Assembly (NCBI GenBank): GCA_038231435.1
Contig: JBBRLJ010000031.1
Location: 1-64,000 of the forward strand
Source of the DNA: Planctomycetota bacterium
GTDB lineage: Bacteria; Planctomycetota; UBA11346
Length of the DNA: 64,000 bases
Reading direction: 5' to 3'
Part shown: positions 9,337 through 18,509 of the stretch, piece by piece
Layout: each line of letters opens with the position of its first letter
How positions within the stretch are numbered: position 1 is the stretch's first letter
Program-made: the position numbers and the translations under genes
Notes under the pieces: generated by a model
The model's database searches: none
Seen by the model: the letters and a program-made list of their open reading frames with translations, nothing else
Told to the model about the DNA's origin: nothing

Positions 9337-10238
9337 CGGCCGCGGCGAAGGCCCGCTCGTGGTTCCGATGTCCTTGCGGTTGGCTGATCGCCTGCGCGCT
9401 CGCGGGCGCCGCCACGGGTGCCGACCCGACAGCGCCGCAGGCGACAGCTCCCGCCGCCGCGCCGGCGACCTCGACCGCCGCCTACACTGCGCGCATCAGC
9501 GGCGAGGTGCTGCACGCGAACACCCTCGAGTTCGCCGGCCTCGCCTTCCGCGACGTGGTGGCCAAGCCGCTCTACGCCGGCACCACGCTCAGCTTCACCG
9601 AGTGCCAGGCCACGGCGTACGGCGGCAAGGTCACGGGCCATGTCGAGCTGCTGATGGACGTCGATGCCAATGGCGAGAAGACCGAGGCCGCCAAGGACGG
9701 CGGCTCCTACCATTGCCACTTCGAGGTCGACGGCGTCGACCTCGGCACGCTGCTCAGCGAATTTGGCGGCAACAACGCGAATGTCGACGGCGTGGTCGCG
9801 GGCTGGATCGATCTCGAGATCCCAGCGCGCCATCCGCAGCTGATGACCGGCCGCGGCGAGCTCGCGATCGCCAAGGGCAGTCTCGTCCAGCTGCCGCTCC
9901 TGGCCAACCTGCTGATCGGCGATCCTTCGAACAGCAAGGGCCAGGACAGTGCCATGGCGCGCTTCGAGTTCCGCGACAGCCAGATCCAGGTGCTGGTCGC
10001 GCGGCTGTCCTCGCCGGCATGCAAGATCGCCATCAAGGGCACCGTCGGCTTCGACGGCGATCTGCGGCTCTACCTGATCCCGAAGTTCAAGTTCGACCTC
10101 ATCGACCAGTTCCCCGGACTGGGGCCCATCGTGGCGCCGCTCCTGAGCTCGGTGACCAGCCGCGTGGCGCGGGCGCTGATCCGCGGCCAGATCACCAAGC
10201 CGGTGCTGGTGATCAATCCGTTCATGAAGGAGAACTGA
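9333..10238 (+). CDS. Exported AsmA-like C-terminal domain protein
   Basis: Signal-like hydrophobic N-terminus; AYGGKVTG, GRGELAIAKG, GTVGFDGDL and a terminal IRGQITKP pattern typical of AsmA/TamB C-termini; ATGA overlap with the upstream stop. Confidence 0.7.
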   Translation: MTAAAKARSWFRCPCGWLIACALAGAATGADPTAPQATAPAAAPATSTAAYTARISGEVLHANTLEFAGLAFRDVVAKPLYAGTTLSFTECQATAYGGKVTGHVELLMDVDANGEKTEAAKDGGSYHCHFEVDGVDLGTLLSEFGGNNANVDGVVAGWIDLEIPARHPQLMTGRGELAIAKGSLVQLPLLANLLIGDPSNSKGQDSAMARFEFRDSQIQVLVARLSSPACKIAIKGTVGFDGDLRLYLIPKFKFDLIDQFPGLGPIVAPLLSSVTSRVARALIRGQITKPVLVINPFMKEN

Positions 10239-11091
10239 CCGCCGCGGAGCCTCGCTCGGCGAGCAGACGCTCGACCTGCTCGTCCCAGGTACCTTCGACC
10301 TTCACGCCGTACTCGGCGAGACCGCCGGTGGCGCCGGGGCCGGTCAGTCGAGCGACGATCGGACTCTTCCAGAAATCCGCGTCGACCTGCTCGGCGTTGA
10401 CGAAGTGCAGCGCCAATCCCGCGCGCGGAATGGCGGTGGTGTTGGCGGTGGTGCAGTGCAGGGTGCCGTAGTCGAAGAACAGCACGCCGCCGGCGGGCAG
10501 CTCGATCGGCACCGCGCGCTCTTCGGGGACCACTGGCGCGAAGATGTGGTGGTCGCTGTTGGGGTCGCGCTGGTGCGGCGCGAGCGACGCGTGGCTGCCC
10601 GGGACCACGTGCATGCAGCCATTGGCGCGGTTCGCCGGATGCAGGGCCGTCCACATGCCGACCGCCCGGGTGCAATCGGGTTGGTTGAAGTAGGCGTTGT
10701 CCTGATGCCATTTGGTGCCGGCGCCGTGGTTGCCGGGTTTGAGGAAGATCTGATCGAGCTGGAACGCCAGCGGGTGTCCGATCAGCGCGCCCACTGCTTC
10801 GAGCACGTGCGGCGCGAAATGCATGGCGCGGAAGAAATCGCTGCACGAGGTCAGCGGGCATATCTGCAGGTTCACTGCCTTGTCCGAGTGAGTCTTCCCG
10901 TCGCCGTCGGTGAAGACGTTGCGCAGCATGCCCTCGTGCTGGAAACGCTCGAGCTCGGCGCGCATGGCCGCCACCTCGCGGGCGCTGAAGAACTCGGGCA
11001 CCGTGGTGTAGCCCTGCTCGGCGAACTGGCGCAGATGCGCTTCCGACAGCTTGGTCGCGGGCTTCGGGGCGGTGGTCCTGGTCTTCTGCAT
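10222..11091 (-). CDS. Phytanoyl-CoA dioxygenase (PhyH) family Fe(II)/2OG oxygenase
   Basis: FAEQGY, WHQD, NGCMHVVPGSH, LHCT...R; AGGAG RBS. Confidence 0.9.
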   Translation of the reverse strand: MQKTRTTAPKPATKLSEAHLRQFAEQGYTTVPEFFSAREVAAMRAELERFQHEGMLRNVFTDGDGKTHSDKAVNLQICPLTSCSDFFRAMHFAPHVLEAVGALIGHPLAFQLDQIFLKPGNHGAGTKWHQDNAYFNQPDCTRAVGMWTALHPANRANGCMHVVPGSHASLAPHQRDPNSDHHIFAPVVPEERAVPIELPAGGVLFFDYGTLHCTTANTTAIPRAGLALHFVNAEQVDADFWKSPIVARLTGPGATGGLAEYGVKVEGTWDEQVERLLAERGSAAVSSPS

Positions 11092-11139
11092 GGGCTGGCT
11101 CCTGAGCGATATCCTACCCCCGTCCAGCGCAGGTATTTA

Positions 11140-11175
11140 GCCGCGCTGGAACGGTGTTTCGCCGCGGTGGAACGG
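11140..11175. promoter_or_regulatory. Direct-repeat operator candidate (AraC type) between the divergent PhyH genes
   Basis: GCCGCGCTGGAACGG at 11140 and GCCGCGGTGGAACGG at 11161: 14/15 identical, 21 bp apart. Confidence 0.6.
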
Positions 11176-11252
11176 CAGAATGGCCGGGACTCACGGCTTA
11201 CAGACCCTCCTCGGCCGGACACGTTCGAGACCAACCGTAGCAAGGACACCGC

Positions 11253-12167
11253 ATGAACGGCGAATCCATCCATGTCCCCATCAGCAACAGCGATGGTACC
11301 GATCGACGGACCGCCGACGGGTATGCGTTGTCCACCGAGCAGGTGGCCTTCTTCCGCAGCCACGGCTATCTGGTGCTGCGCGGTGTGGTATCCGCCGCCG
11401 AGACCGATGCGATCGAGCGGGTGTTCGATACCTTCATGCGTGGCGAGGTCACGGGCATGGGCAAGGATTTCTGCGACATGAGCGGTACCGCCAAGAGCCT
11501 CGATGAGTTCACGCTCATCAACGCCATGCTGCCGCGCGTCTACCGCCCCGATCTGCGGGGCAATCCGTTCGAGCGCCGCTCTCAGGCGATCTCGAGCCAG
11601 CTGATCGGCGCCGACATCGGGCTCGACTACGACCAGTTCCTGGCCAAACAACCGCGCAAGGCCGACGCGGTATTCGCCTGGCACCAGGACATGGGCTATT
11701 GGCCCAAGAAGACTCCGGACACCCGCACCGTCACCTGCTCACTGGCGCTCGACGACGCGGATCTCGAGAACGGCTGCCTGCGCGTGGTGCCGGGCACGCA
11801 GGACCGCCTGCGGCATCACCGCCCGCTGGTCGCCGATCTGGCGCGCGAGAGCAGGTCCGAGGCGCTCTCCGCCGCGGTGAGCAAAGGCAAGGAGCGCGAG
11901 GAATCGCACGCCCTGGTCGTGGACCTCGAATCCAGCGACGAGGTCGTCTACCTGCCGGTCAAGCGCGGCGACATCACCCTGCACGACGAGATGATCCTGC
12001 ACGGCTCGGCCGGCAATCGCTCGCAGCGTTGGCGCCGGACTTACGTCATTGCTTACCGCTCGCTCGCGACCATCGCCTGGGAGCGGCGCATGGGCTTCAC
12101 GCACTCGCACAACGATGCGGTCAGCTGGGACGCCTTCGAGCGCCTCGAGGGCTCGGCGCGCGCCTGA
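11253..12167 (+). CDS. Phytanoyl-CoA dioxygenase (PhyH) family Fe(II)/2OG oxygenase
   Basis: FRSHGY, WHQDMGYWP, NGCLRVVPGT, LHGSAGN...R. Confidence 0.9.
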   Translation: MNGESIHVPISNSDGTDRRTADGYALSTEQVAFFRSHGYLVLRGVVSAAETDAIERVFDTFMRGEVTGMGKDFCDMSGTAKSLDEFTLINAMLPRVYRPDLRGNPFERRSQAISSQLIGADIGLDYDQFLAKQPRKADAVFAWHQDMGYWPKKTPDTRTVTCSLALDDADLENGCLRVVPGTQDRLRHHRPLVADLARESRSEALSAAVSKGKEREESHALVVDLESSDEVVYLPVKRGDITLHDEMILHGSAGNRSQRWRRTYVIAYRSLATIAWERRMGFTHSHNDAVSWDAFERLEGSARA

Positions 12168-12191
12168 GCCGCGTGGACCCATGCGTCGCGG

Positions 12192-13001
12192 TCAGGCTTG
12201 ACGATGGTCGCCTGCGTGCTCGCGCCATGAACTGGGCGTGCAGCCGACCTCGCGGTGGAAGGCCCGGGCGAACTCGTGCTGGCGGGCATAGCCCAGGCGT
12301 TCCGCCACCGCGGCGATCGACGCGTCGGTCTCGAGCAGCATGTTCTTGGCGTGCTCCATGCGCAGGCCGATGAGCACGTCGCGTGGCGACGCCTTGAAGA
12401 CCTTGCGGAAGCGGTGGCGCAACGAGTCGTAGTTCGGGATCAGGCGCTTGATCGCCGCGGCGAGATCTGCTGGGCGACCCACGTGGTCGTTGATGATCTG
12501 CCACAAGGCGAGCAGCTCGGGATCGGTGGTCGGCACCGCCGGGACGCTGTCGCACGCAGCCTGCTGCCAGCGCGCGGCGGTGACGAGCAGCAGCCGCAAC
12601 CATGCCGCCGAGGCGGCCGACGCCAACGGTCGGGCCGGCTGCTGCTCGGACAGCAGGCGCAGGAACAGTGCCTTGAATCCGTCCTGCCGCTCCTGGTCCA
12701 GGCGCCAGATGCGTTTCGCCGGATCGTGGTCGATCAGGCGCGGGTGCTCGCGGTAGAGGCTTTCGTCGGGTCGGTAGTGCACCACCCACAGGTGCGGTTC
12801 CTGCCGGCCGACGTTGCGGTAGCCGTGGCGCTCACCGCCGCGGAACAGGTAGAGCGTCCCGGGCTCGGCCCGGGTATCGGCGGCGCCGTGGATGATGGTC
12901 GTCTCCGTGCCCGTCACCAGGCACAGCTCGTCCGCCTCGTGGACATGGGCGTCCCCCTCGCCATCGACCTGCCCGCGCAAGGGCGTGAGGAAGCACGCCA
13001 T
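12192..13001 (-). CDS. AraC family transcriptional regulator with cupin sensor domain (start approximate)
   Basis: HVHEADE...HGY cupin motif; C-terminal LRMEHAKNMLLET...IAAVAERLGY...FARAFHREVGCTPSSWR. Confidence 0.9.
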   Translation of the reverse strand: MACFLTPLRGQVDGEGDAHVHEADELCLVTGTETTIIHGAADTRAEPGTLYLFRGGERHGYRNVGRQEPHLWVVHYRPDESLYREHPRLIDHDPAKRIWRLDQERQDGFKALFLRLLSEQQPARPLASAASAAWLRLLLVTAARWQQAACDSVPAVPTTDPELLALWQIINDHVGRPADLAAAIKRLIPNYDSLRHRFRKVFKASPRDVLIGLRMEHAKNMLLETDASIAAVAERLGYARQHEFARAFHREVGCTPSSWREHAGDHRQA

Positions 13002-13159
13002 CGATATCACGCTGGGCAGCCACGCGGTTTCGGCATGCGAGGTTGATCGTGCGGTACGCGCGGGTCGTGCTGATGCTGGTGCCGCCGATGTTGATGATGA
13101 GATCGCGCCACCGCGCGAAGGCTCGGAGGCGGGCTTGGTGTTGGCGGCTGGGCGTCTGC

Positions 13160-13585
13160 TCACGAGTCTTCTCCCCACATCGTCGCCAGTACGGTGCGGC
13201 TTCCGGCATGATCGCGATGCTCGCACAACCAGATGCCCTGCCACGTGCCGAGGGCGAGGGCGCCGTCCGCGATCGGCACCGCCAGCGAGCAGCCGAAGAG
13301 CGCGCTCTTGACGTGCGCGGGCATGTCGTCGGCGCCCTCGGCGGTGTGCTCGAAATAGGCGGCGCCATCGGGCACCGCCCGGTCGAGCCAGCGTGCCATG
13401 TCGGCACGCACCACCGGGTCGGCGTTCTCATTGATGCTCAGCGAGGCCGAGGTGTGCTGCAGGAAGAAGTTGGCCATGCCGACCTGGAACTGGCGCAGGT
13501 CATGGCAGCCGCGCACGAGCTCGTCGGTGACCAGGTGCATGCCGCGCGCGCGCGGCTTGAGGACGATCTCCTGCTGGCGCCACAC
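13160..13585 (-). CDS. yjbQ: YjbQ/UPF0047 family protein
   Basis: HTSASLSINENADP, EGADDMPAHVK, LGTWQGIWLCEHR. Confidence 0.92.
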   Translation of the reverse strand: MWRQQEIVLKPRARGMHLVTDELVRGCHDLRQFQVGMANFFLQHTSASLSINENADPVVRADMARWLDRAVPDGAAYFEHTAEGADDMPAHVKSALFGCSLAVPIADGALALGTWQGIWLCEHRDHAGSRTVLATMWGEDS

Positions 13586-13589
13586 CGGA

Positions 13590-14975
13590 TCAGACCGGCT
13601 TGCTCGCCGCGGCGTGCGCGGGCGACTGCGCCTGCACCTGGGCGACAGGCACGCCGATCGGATAGATCGTCAGGCCCAGCTGTCCGATGCGCGATTCGCT
13701 GTACTGGTTGCGACCGTCGAAGATGGTCTTGGCCTTGAGCTGCTGGGCCAGTTTGCGGAAGTCAGGTCGGCGGTACGGCCGCCATTCGGTCATCAGCACC
13801 AGCACGTCGGCGCCATTGGCCGCTTCGTATGCATCCTTGAAATAGGCGATGTTCTTGAGTTCGCCGAGCGCCTTCTTGGTGGCCTCGATGGCCTTGGGAT
13901 CCGTGGCGCGCACCTTCACACCTGCCAGCGACAGGTCCTTGAGCAGATCCAGCGCCGGCGATTCGCGGACATCGTCGGTGTTCGGCTTGAAGGAGAGTCC
14001 CCAGACCGCCACCGTGAGTTCCTCGAGCTTGCGCCCGGTGAGCTCGCACCAGGCGGTGAGCTTGCGCTGGATCACGGCCTTCTGGCGCTGATTGACGTCG
14101 TCGACCGCCTTCAGCAGCGCGGGAACGTACCCTGCCTTCTCGCCGATCGAGACCAACGCGCGCACGTCCTTGGGGAAGCAGCTGCCGCCGTATCCGACGC
14201 CCGGATGGAGGAACTGCAGGCCGATGCGCGAGTCGGCGCCGATCCCGAGGCGCACCTGGCGAACGTCGGCGCCTACGTATTCGCAGATGTTGGCGATTTC
14301 GTTGATGAAACTGATCTTGGTGGCGAGCATGCAGTTCGCCGCGTACTTGGTCATCTCGGCGGATTTGATATCCATCGCGAAGAAGCGCAGGCCGTTGCGG
14401 ATGAAGGGCGAGTACAGGTCGTGCAGCAGCGATTCGGATTTCGGGCTGTCGATGCCCACGACCACGCGGTCCGGCTTCATGAAGTCCTCGACCGCGGAGC
14501 CCTCTTTCAGGAATTCGGGATTCGAGGCGACATCGAAATCGATCTCGGCGCCGCGCGCCGTGATCTCCTCGCGGATCCAGCGGCGGACCTTCTCGCCCGT
14601 GCCCACCGGGACGGTGCTCTTGCTCACCACCAGGCAGTAGTGCTCGAGGCTGCGGCCGATGTCGCGGGCAACCGCCTCGACGAATTTCAGATCGGCCTCG
14701 CCATTCGCGCTCATGGGCGTGCCTACGCAGATGAAAGCCACCTCGGCCTCGGCGAGCGCCGGTTTGGCCGCGGTGGTGAACGCCAGGCGTCCCGATCCGA
14801 GGTTCTCCTCGAGCAGCTCCTGGAGTCCGATCTCGAAGATGGTGCTCTCGCCCTTGGACAGCGTGTCCACCTTCGCCTGGTCGACGTCGACGCAGGTGAC
14901 GTCGTTGCCCATCTCGGCGAAACAGGTGCCAGTGACCAGGCCGACGTATCCGGTACCGAAAATGGTGATGCGCAC
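13590..14975 (-). CDS. ugd: UDP-glucose 6-dehydrogenase
   Basis: GTGYVG, KSTVPVGT, NPEFLKEG, GYGGSCFPKD, FKPNTDDVRESP. Confidence 0.95.
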   Translation of the reverse strand: MRITIFGTGYVGLVTGTCFAEMGNDVTCVDVDQAKVDTLSKGESTIFEIGLQELLEENLGSGRLAFTTAAKPALAEAEVAFICVGTPMSANGEADLKFVEAVARDIGRSLEHYCLVVSKSTVPVGTGEKVRRWIREEITARGAEIDFDVASNPEFLKEGSAVEDFMKPDRVVVGIDSPKSESLLHDLYSPFIRNGLRFFAMDIKSAEMTKYAANCMLATKISFINEIANICEYVGADVRQVRLGIGADSRIGLQFLHPGVGYGGSCFPKDVRALVSIGEKAGYVPALLKAVDDVNQRQKAVIQRKLTAWCELTGRKLEELTVAVWGLSFKPNTDDVRESPALDLLKDLSLAGVKVRATDPKAIEATKKALGELKNIAYFKDAYEAANGADVLVLMTEWRPYRRPDFRKLAQQLKAKTIFDGRNQYSESRIGQLGLTIYPIGVPVAQVQAQSPAHAAASKPV

Positions 14976-15074
14976 GTGCTGCCCTCGCGTGAGGGCATCC
15001 TCGCCTCGGCAGGTTGCGCGATCAAGGGATCAATCGGCAAGATCAATCGGCGATGAACGGCATGCAAGCAGGGC

Positions 15075-15169
15075 AAGGTCCCGCTGGACTGCCCGCTGGT
15101 GCTTCACGCCGGCTGTACGGAGGCTCCTGGGTAGCCAGTTCCGGAAGGCCGCACGCCTACTGAGACCTC
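15075..15169 (-). ncRNA. Candidate structured RNA or 5' leader upstream of ugd (family unassigned)
   Basis: Ends GAGGUCUC/GGGACCUU pair with G-U wobbles on the minus strand; inner CCGG..CUG/CAGCCGG stem and GGCU/AGCC apical hairpin. Confidence 0.3.
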
Positions 15170-15230
15170 TATTTCCGTGGGCCATCCACTGGATGTGTCC
15201 ACTCGCGATGCGCTTGAATTCAGGCTCGAA

Positions 15231-18200
15231 CTACGCGGGCAGGTCCAGCAGATCGACGCGTTCGAGCCGCGCCAGTTCGACGTCGACCAACCACGCCGAC
15301 GCCAGCGGCCCGTCGAGATGCGCGGCGAGCATGCGCGCGTAGAGCTGCACCTGGCGCGCGCCGTTCGCGCGCGCGGCAGCGCCGCCGCTCTTGTAATCGT
15401 AGAGATGCCACGCGCCCGCCGTGTCCTTCAGCAGCAGGTCGCAGATGCCATGGATCAGCCCGCCATCCATCGACTCGTCCACCGCGATCACCGGCTGCTC
15501 GACCAGCCGCATTGCCGCTTGCCAATACCCGGGAATCAGTTCCTTGTCGCACAGGTGCGCGGCGAGCAGCGAGAGGCGCGCCTGCGCCACCTGTGCGCGG
15601 AACGGCGCGAGCGCGGACTCCGCCTGGAGCGCGGACATGCCCGGCCCGAAGCGGGCGAGTGCCTCGTGGATGGCGATACCGAGATCGCGGTTCACCGCTG
15701 ACGCCAAGTCTGGTGGTGTCGCCGCGTCATCATCTGCATCGCCATCACTTTGGAGCGAGCGCGTAGCGCCGATCACCTGGATCTCGCCGACGGCGTTTGC
15801 AGCCAGGTCCGGGAGCGGAGCGGATCCGGCCCCTGGCCCGCGCGCGCGTGCCTCGGTCGCGTCGATGCGCACCGGCTCAGGCGTCCAATCCAGCCCGGCG
15901 CCGGTGAGCCAGTCGCCAGGACAGGCCACGGCGCCGTCCGCGAGCGGACCGGCTGGCGCGACGGCGCCCGCCAGGCAGTGCAGCTCGAGCTTCGCGCGCG
16001 TGCACGCGACATAGAACAGCCGCGCCTCCTCGGCGAGGATACGGCCGTGCAGCTCGTCCTGGGCGAGCGCCGCGCGCAAGCCGATCGTGGCCGAGCCGGA
16101 TTCAGGACGGCACGCCAGTTCGATCCCATCCTCGCAAGCGATCGCCAGCGCCGGAGCGCGCAGATCGCGCATGCCGAAGGTCTTGTCGAGGTCGGCGAGG
16201 AACACGACCGGCCACTCGAGGCCCTTCGAGCCGTGGATGGTCATCAGGCGCACGCCCTTGCCCCCCACCTCCTCGCCGCTCGCCTCGGCGGCATCGATGC
16301 CCAATCGCCGCCGCTCCACCAGCCGCGCCAGAAGGGCATGCGGATCGAGGGCACGGCCGGCCGAATCCTCCTCGGACGCGAGGCGCGCGAGATTCGCCAG
16401 GCGGCGGCGCGCCAGGGGCAGGCGCCCGTAGCGCCGCGCGAGGTGCTGATCGCAGGCCAGCATGCGCACCGCGGCCGCCATGCCCTCGGCGGCGAGCACC
16501 GGGCGCACGCGATCGATCAGGACTCCGAGCGGCGTGCTGGAGCGCGCCAGCTGCCAACCCTGATCGGGCTCGAGTTCGAGAGCCCGTACCATCAGACGGC
16601 GATCCTGGGGGTCGTCGCCCCCCCACGGTCCGCCCAGCGCGACCGCCAGCGCGAAGCGGTCGTGCGGGCATAGGCACAACCTGAGGATCGACTCGACATC
16701 GTGGCATTCCTGGCTGTCGTAGAGCCCGCCCGGGAAATCGGTGTCGTAGGCGATGCTAGCGCGCTCGAGGGCTTCGGCGTAGACGCGCATGCGCGAGCGC
16801 GAGCGCATCAGCAAGGCGTGATCGCCCGGAGCGCGACCCGCGCCGATGCTCTCGCCGATCAGGTGCGCGGCGAGGCGCGCCTGGGCCTCGCTGGCGATCA
16901 TGGATCCCCGCCGCGGTGCGACTGGACCCGCGGCGTCCTCGGCCACCGCCAGCCAGCACGCGAGCAGCGGTTCGCCCGGTGCGTCCTTCAGGCCGGGCCG
17001 GATCGCCTCGGGGCGGAAATGCGCGGCCAGGGAAGGCTGAGCGAACACCGCCTTGACGCTCTCGACCAGCTGCGGATGGCTGCGGAAGTTCTCGGCCAGG
17101 TCCGCGACCGAGCCGCCGTGGTCGACGATCGTCCGTTCCCAACCCGCGAACACGTCAGGGTCGGCGTGACGGAAGCCGAAGATGCTCTGGCGGTGGTCGC
17201 CGACCGCGAAGATGCGCGCGCCGTCGCTGGTCGCTCCACCCGAGCGCAGCAGTTCGATGATGCGTCCTTGGAGGCGGTTGAGGTCTTGCGCCTCGTCGAG
17301 CAGCACGTGTCGATAGCGATGCCCCAAGCGTGCGCGTACGCGCGGATCGGACAGCAGCCGCAGGGCCTCGGCCTCGACGCGCGCGAAGCCGGCGATCCCC
17401 ACGGCTTCGGCGGCTTCGCCGATCAGGCCGTGCATCAGCGTGGCGAGCTCGGCGATGTCGCCGGCGCGCGCGCGCAGCGCTTCCTCGTCCTGTGGGCGCC
17501 AGGCTCCGAGCGAGCCCAGGCTGCCGCGCGTCGCCCGGCGCTCGCGCGGTGGACGCTTGCCGTCCTGGTCGCGGCCATGCGGCGCGTCGAGCGCATCCTG
17601 GAGTGCGCGCACCGCCTCCTTGAGCTGGCCCGAGCAGGTGGCGGGGATGGCGTCGAGCGCGGCGATCCACTCGCAGAACGCCAGGGCGTCACCGGGATCC
17701 GGCTCATCTGGGATGGCGAGCACCTTCTCGGCCACCGCGCTCTTGGCGCCGCGCGAGTGCGAGCGGGCCACGGCGAGCGCGCCGCGCAGCGCTGCCAGCT
17801 GGGACGTGCGCAGCGCGAACAGCTGCGCCAGCGGATCGCCGCCGCGCGCGGCGAGCGCCGGCACCGGCAGGGCGGCAGCCGTCCCCGCGAGCGCCGTCAC
17901 CAGTGCACGCACCACGTTTTCGCCATGGATGCGAGCCACGCGCGCGAGCGCTCCGCCGCCGCGACCAAGCTCGGCACGGCGCAGCCGACTCCATGCGGCT
18001 TCGGTGCATTGCGCCCACGCGAGCGCCTCGGGTGGGGCGAGGTCTGGATCGCGGCCGAGCTCGGCGGCATGCTCGCTGGCGAGTTGGAGGCACAGGCCAT
18101 CGAAGGTGGTGATCGGCGCGCCGGCCAGTCGCGCGAGACAACGCCGCAGGTGCTCGAGCTGGTCTGGCGCCAGGTCGGCATCGACCACGCCATCGGCGCC

Positions 18201-18509
18201 CGCGCGGGGGAATCGGCCGAGCGCGATCACCGTGCGCAGCGTACGGTCGACGCGCGCGCGCAGGTTGCCGGCGGCCTCGCGCGTAAAGGCCAGGGCCAGG
18301 ACCCGGTCAGGGGACGTCAGCTCGTCATCTCCACTGCCATTGCCACTGCCGATGCCTCCTCCGCCACGCTCGAGCAGGCAGGCGCAGTAGCGCACCGCCA
18401 TCACCGCGGTCTTGCCGGCGCCGGCGCCGGCGGCCGCCATCACCGGCTGTCCAACCAGCAGCGCCGCGCGTCGCTGCTCGGCGGTGAAGCGTTCCCAGGG
18501 TGCGATCAC
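15231..18509 (-). CDS. addA: AddA-type UvrD helicase / PD-(D/E)XK nuclease
   Basis: AGAGAGKT, AFTREAA, LDEAQD, VGDHRQSIFGFR, NFRS, TIHGSKGLEW, YVACTRA; nuclease GICDLL..DYKS..QVQLY. Confidence 0.9.
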   Translation of the reverse strand: MIAPWERFTAEQRRAALLVGQPVMAAAGAGAGKTAVMAVRYCACLLERGGGGIGSGNGSGDDELTSPDRVLALAFTREAAGNLRARVDRTLRTVIALGRFPRAGADGVVDADLAPDQLEHLRRCLARLAGAPITTFDGLCLQLASEHAAELGRDPDLAPPEALAWAQCTEAAWSRLRRAELGRGGGALARVARIHGENVVRALVTALAGTAAALPVPALAARGGDPLAQLFALRTSQLAALRGALAVARSHSRGAKSAVAEKVLAIPDEPDPGDALAFCEWIAALDAIPATCSGQLKEAVRALQDALDAPHGRDQDGKRPPRERRATRGSLGSLGAWRPQDEEALRARAGDIAELATLMHGLIGEAAEAVGIAGFARVEAEALRLLSDPRVRARLGHRYRHVLLDEAQDLNRLQGRIIELLRSGGATSDGARIFAVGDHRQSIFGFRHADPDVFAGWERTIVDHGGSVADLAENFRSHPQLVESVKAVFAQPSLAAHFRPEAIRPGLKDAPGEPLLACWLAVAEDAAGPVAPRRGSMIASEAQARLAAHLIGESIGAGRAPGDHALLMRSRSRMRVYAEALERASIAYDTDFPGGLYDSQECHDVESILRLCLCPHDRFALAVALGGPWGGDDPQDRRLMVRALELEPDQGWQLARSSTPLGVLIDRVRPVLAAEGMAAAVRMLACDQHLARRYGRLPLARRRLANLARLASEEDSAGRALDPHALLARLVERRRLGIDAAEASGEEVGGKGVRLMTIHGSKGLEWPVVFLADLDKTFGMRDLRAPALAIACEDGIELACRPESGSATIGLRAALAQDELHGRILAEEARLFYVACTRAKLELHCLAGAVAPAGPLADGAVACPGDWLTGAGLDWTPEPVRIDATEARARGPGAGSAPLPDLAANAVGEIQVIGATRSLQSDGDADDDAATPPDLASAVNRDLGIAIHEALARFGPGMSALQAESALAPFRAQVAQARLSLLAAHLCDKELIPGYWQAAMRLVEQPVIAVDESMDGGLIHGICDLLLKDTAGAWHLYDYKSGGAAARANGARQVQLYARMLAAHLDGPLASAWLVDVELARLERVDLLDLPA

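Noticed and set aside
15135..15153. CAGTTCCGGAAGGCCGCA resembling SRP RNA domain IV
   Set aside because: The conserved CAGG and AAGCAG internal-loop bases are altered, and the tetraloop is not at the apex of a rod.
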